Below, piece after piece: positions 63,270 to 64,000 of a DNA stretch of 64,000 nucleotides. The stretch covers positions 29,638,001 through 29,702,000 of the forward strand of contig NC_086097.1 of assembly GCF_963921235.1 (NCBI RefSeq), given 5' to 3'. The translations under genes were made by a program, and so were the position numbers. Below the pieces are notes generated by a model. It searched no databases. It saw nothing but the letters and a program-made list of their open reading frames with translations, and was not told the DNA's origin. The stretch comes from Mobula hypostoma (Eukaryota). Position 1 is the stretch's first letter. The number at the start of each line of letters is the position of its first letter.

Positions 63270-64000
63270 CTCTGTGTCTGACCCCGGGAGTGTGTGACGG
63301 AATGGTGTTGAGGTAGTTTCATTCTGTATCTGACCTCAGGAGTGTGTGATGGGACAGTGTGGAGGGAGTTTCACTCTGTGTCTGACCCCGGTGTGTGTGA
63401 CGGAATGGTGTTGAGGTAGTTTCATTCTGTGACTGAACCCAGTGTGTGTGATGGAATGGTGTGGAGGTAGTTTCATTCTGTGACTGAACCCCAGTGTGTG
63501 TGATGGGACAGTGTGGAGGTAGTTTCATTCTGTGACTGAACCCCAGTGTGTGTGATGGGACAGTGTGGAGGGAGCTTCACTCTGTGTCTGACCCCAGTGT
63601 GTGTGATGGAATGGTGTTGAGGTAGTTTCACTCTGTGTCTGACCCCAGTGTGTGTGATGGAATGGTGTTGAGGTAGTTTCACTCTGTGTCTGACCCCAGT
63701 GTGTGTGATGGGACAGTGTGGAGGGAGCTTCACTCTGTGTCTGACCCCAGTGTGTGTGATGGAATGGTGTTGAGGTAGTTTCACTCTGTGTCTGACCCCA
63801 GTGTGTGTGATGGAATGGTGTTCAGGTAGTTTCACTCTGTGTCTGACCCCAGTGTGTGTGACGGAATGGTGTTGAGGTAGTTTCACTCTGTGTCTGACCC
63901 CAGTGTGTGTGATGGGACAGTGTGGAGGTAGTTTCACTCTGTGTCTGACCCCAGTGTGTGTGACGGAATGGTGTTGAGGTAGTTTCACTCTGTGTCTGAC
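63270..64000. repeat. 51/52-bp satellite, right arm (runs off the window)
   Basis: Same unit as the left arm, enriched in the 51-bp ggaatggtgttgaggtagttt variant. Confidence 0.98.

Noticed and set aside
60716..63297. Plus-strand and alternate-frame ORFs overlapping Tx1 ORF1 and its 5' UTR (possible ORF0 analogue)
   Set aside because: Expected shadow ORFs in GC-rich sequence with no recognisable motifs.
59847..63988. His-rich ORFs (KLPQHHSITHTGVRHR repeats) in the satellite arms
   Set aside because: These are translations of the 51-bp satellite variant.
57580..64000. V(D)J recombination signals or CTCF motifs in the 52-bp satellite
   Set aside because: No proper CACAGTG heptamer with a spaced nonamer, and the 5' half of the CTCF consensus does not match.

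Overview
Eukaryotic, repeat-saturated vertebrate DNA with no host gene I can confidently identify. The repeat mix (CR1 LINEs, Penelope-like GIY-YIG elements, Rex1/Babar, Tx1, V-SINE-like SINEs and a 52-bp GGGAGTGTGTGATGGGACAG... satellite) suggests a cartilaginous fish such as a ray; this is inference. Positions 1-49 kb are a nested set of decayed retroelements and DNA transposons. Positions 49.46-54.49 kb are a ~5-kb 30-bp minisatellite whose unit resembles a CTCF motif. Positions 57.58-64 kb are a 51/52-bp satellite. The most striking feature is a young Tx1-clade non-LTR element (60486-63269, minus strand) inserted into that satellite with an exact 16-bp target-site duplication. It keeps its 5' UTR and an intact 684-aa zinc-knuckle ORF1, but ends in poly(A) only 181 nt into ORF2, so it is 3'-truncated, the opposite of normal LINE truncation. 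Also notable are several minimal hammerhead-ribozyme motifs in Penelope-like terminal repeats, some arranged as TSD-flanked fold-back mini-elements. Boundaries of decayed repeats are approximate.
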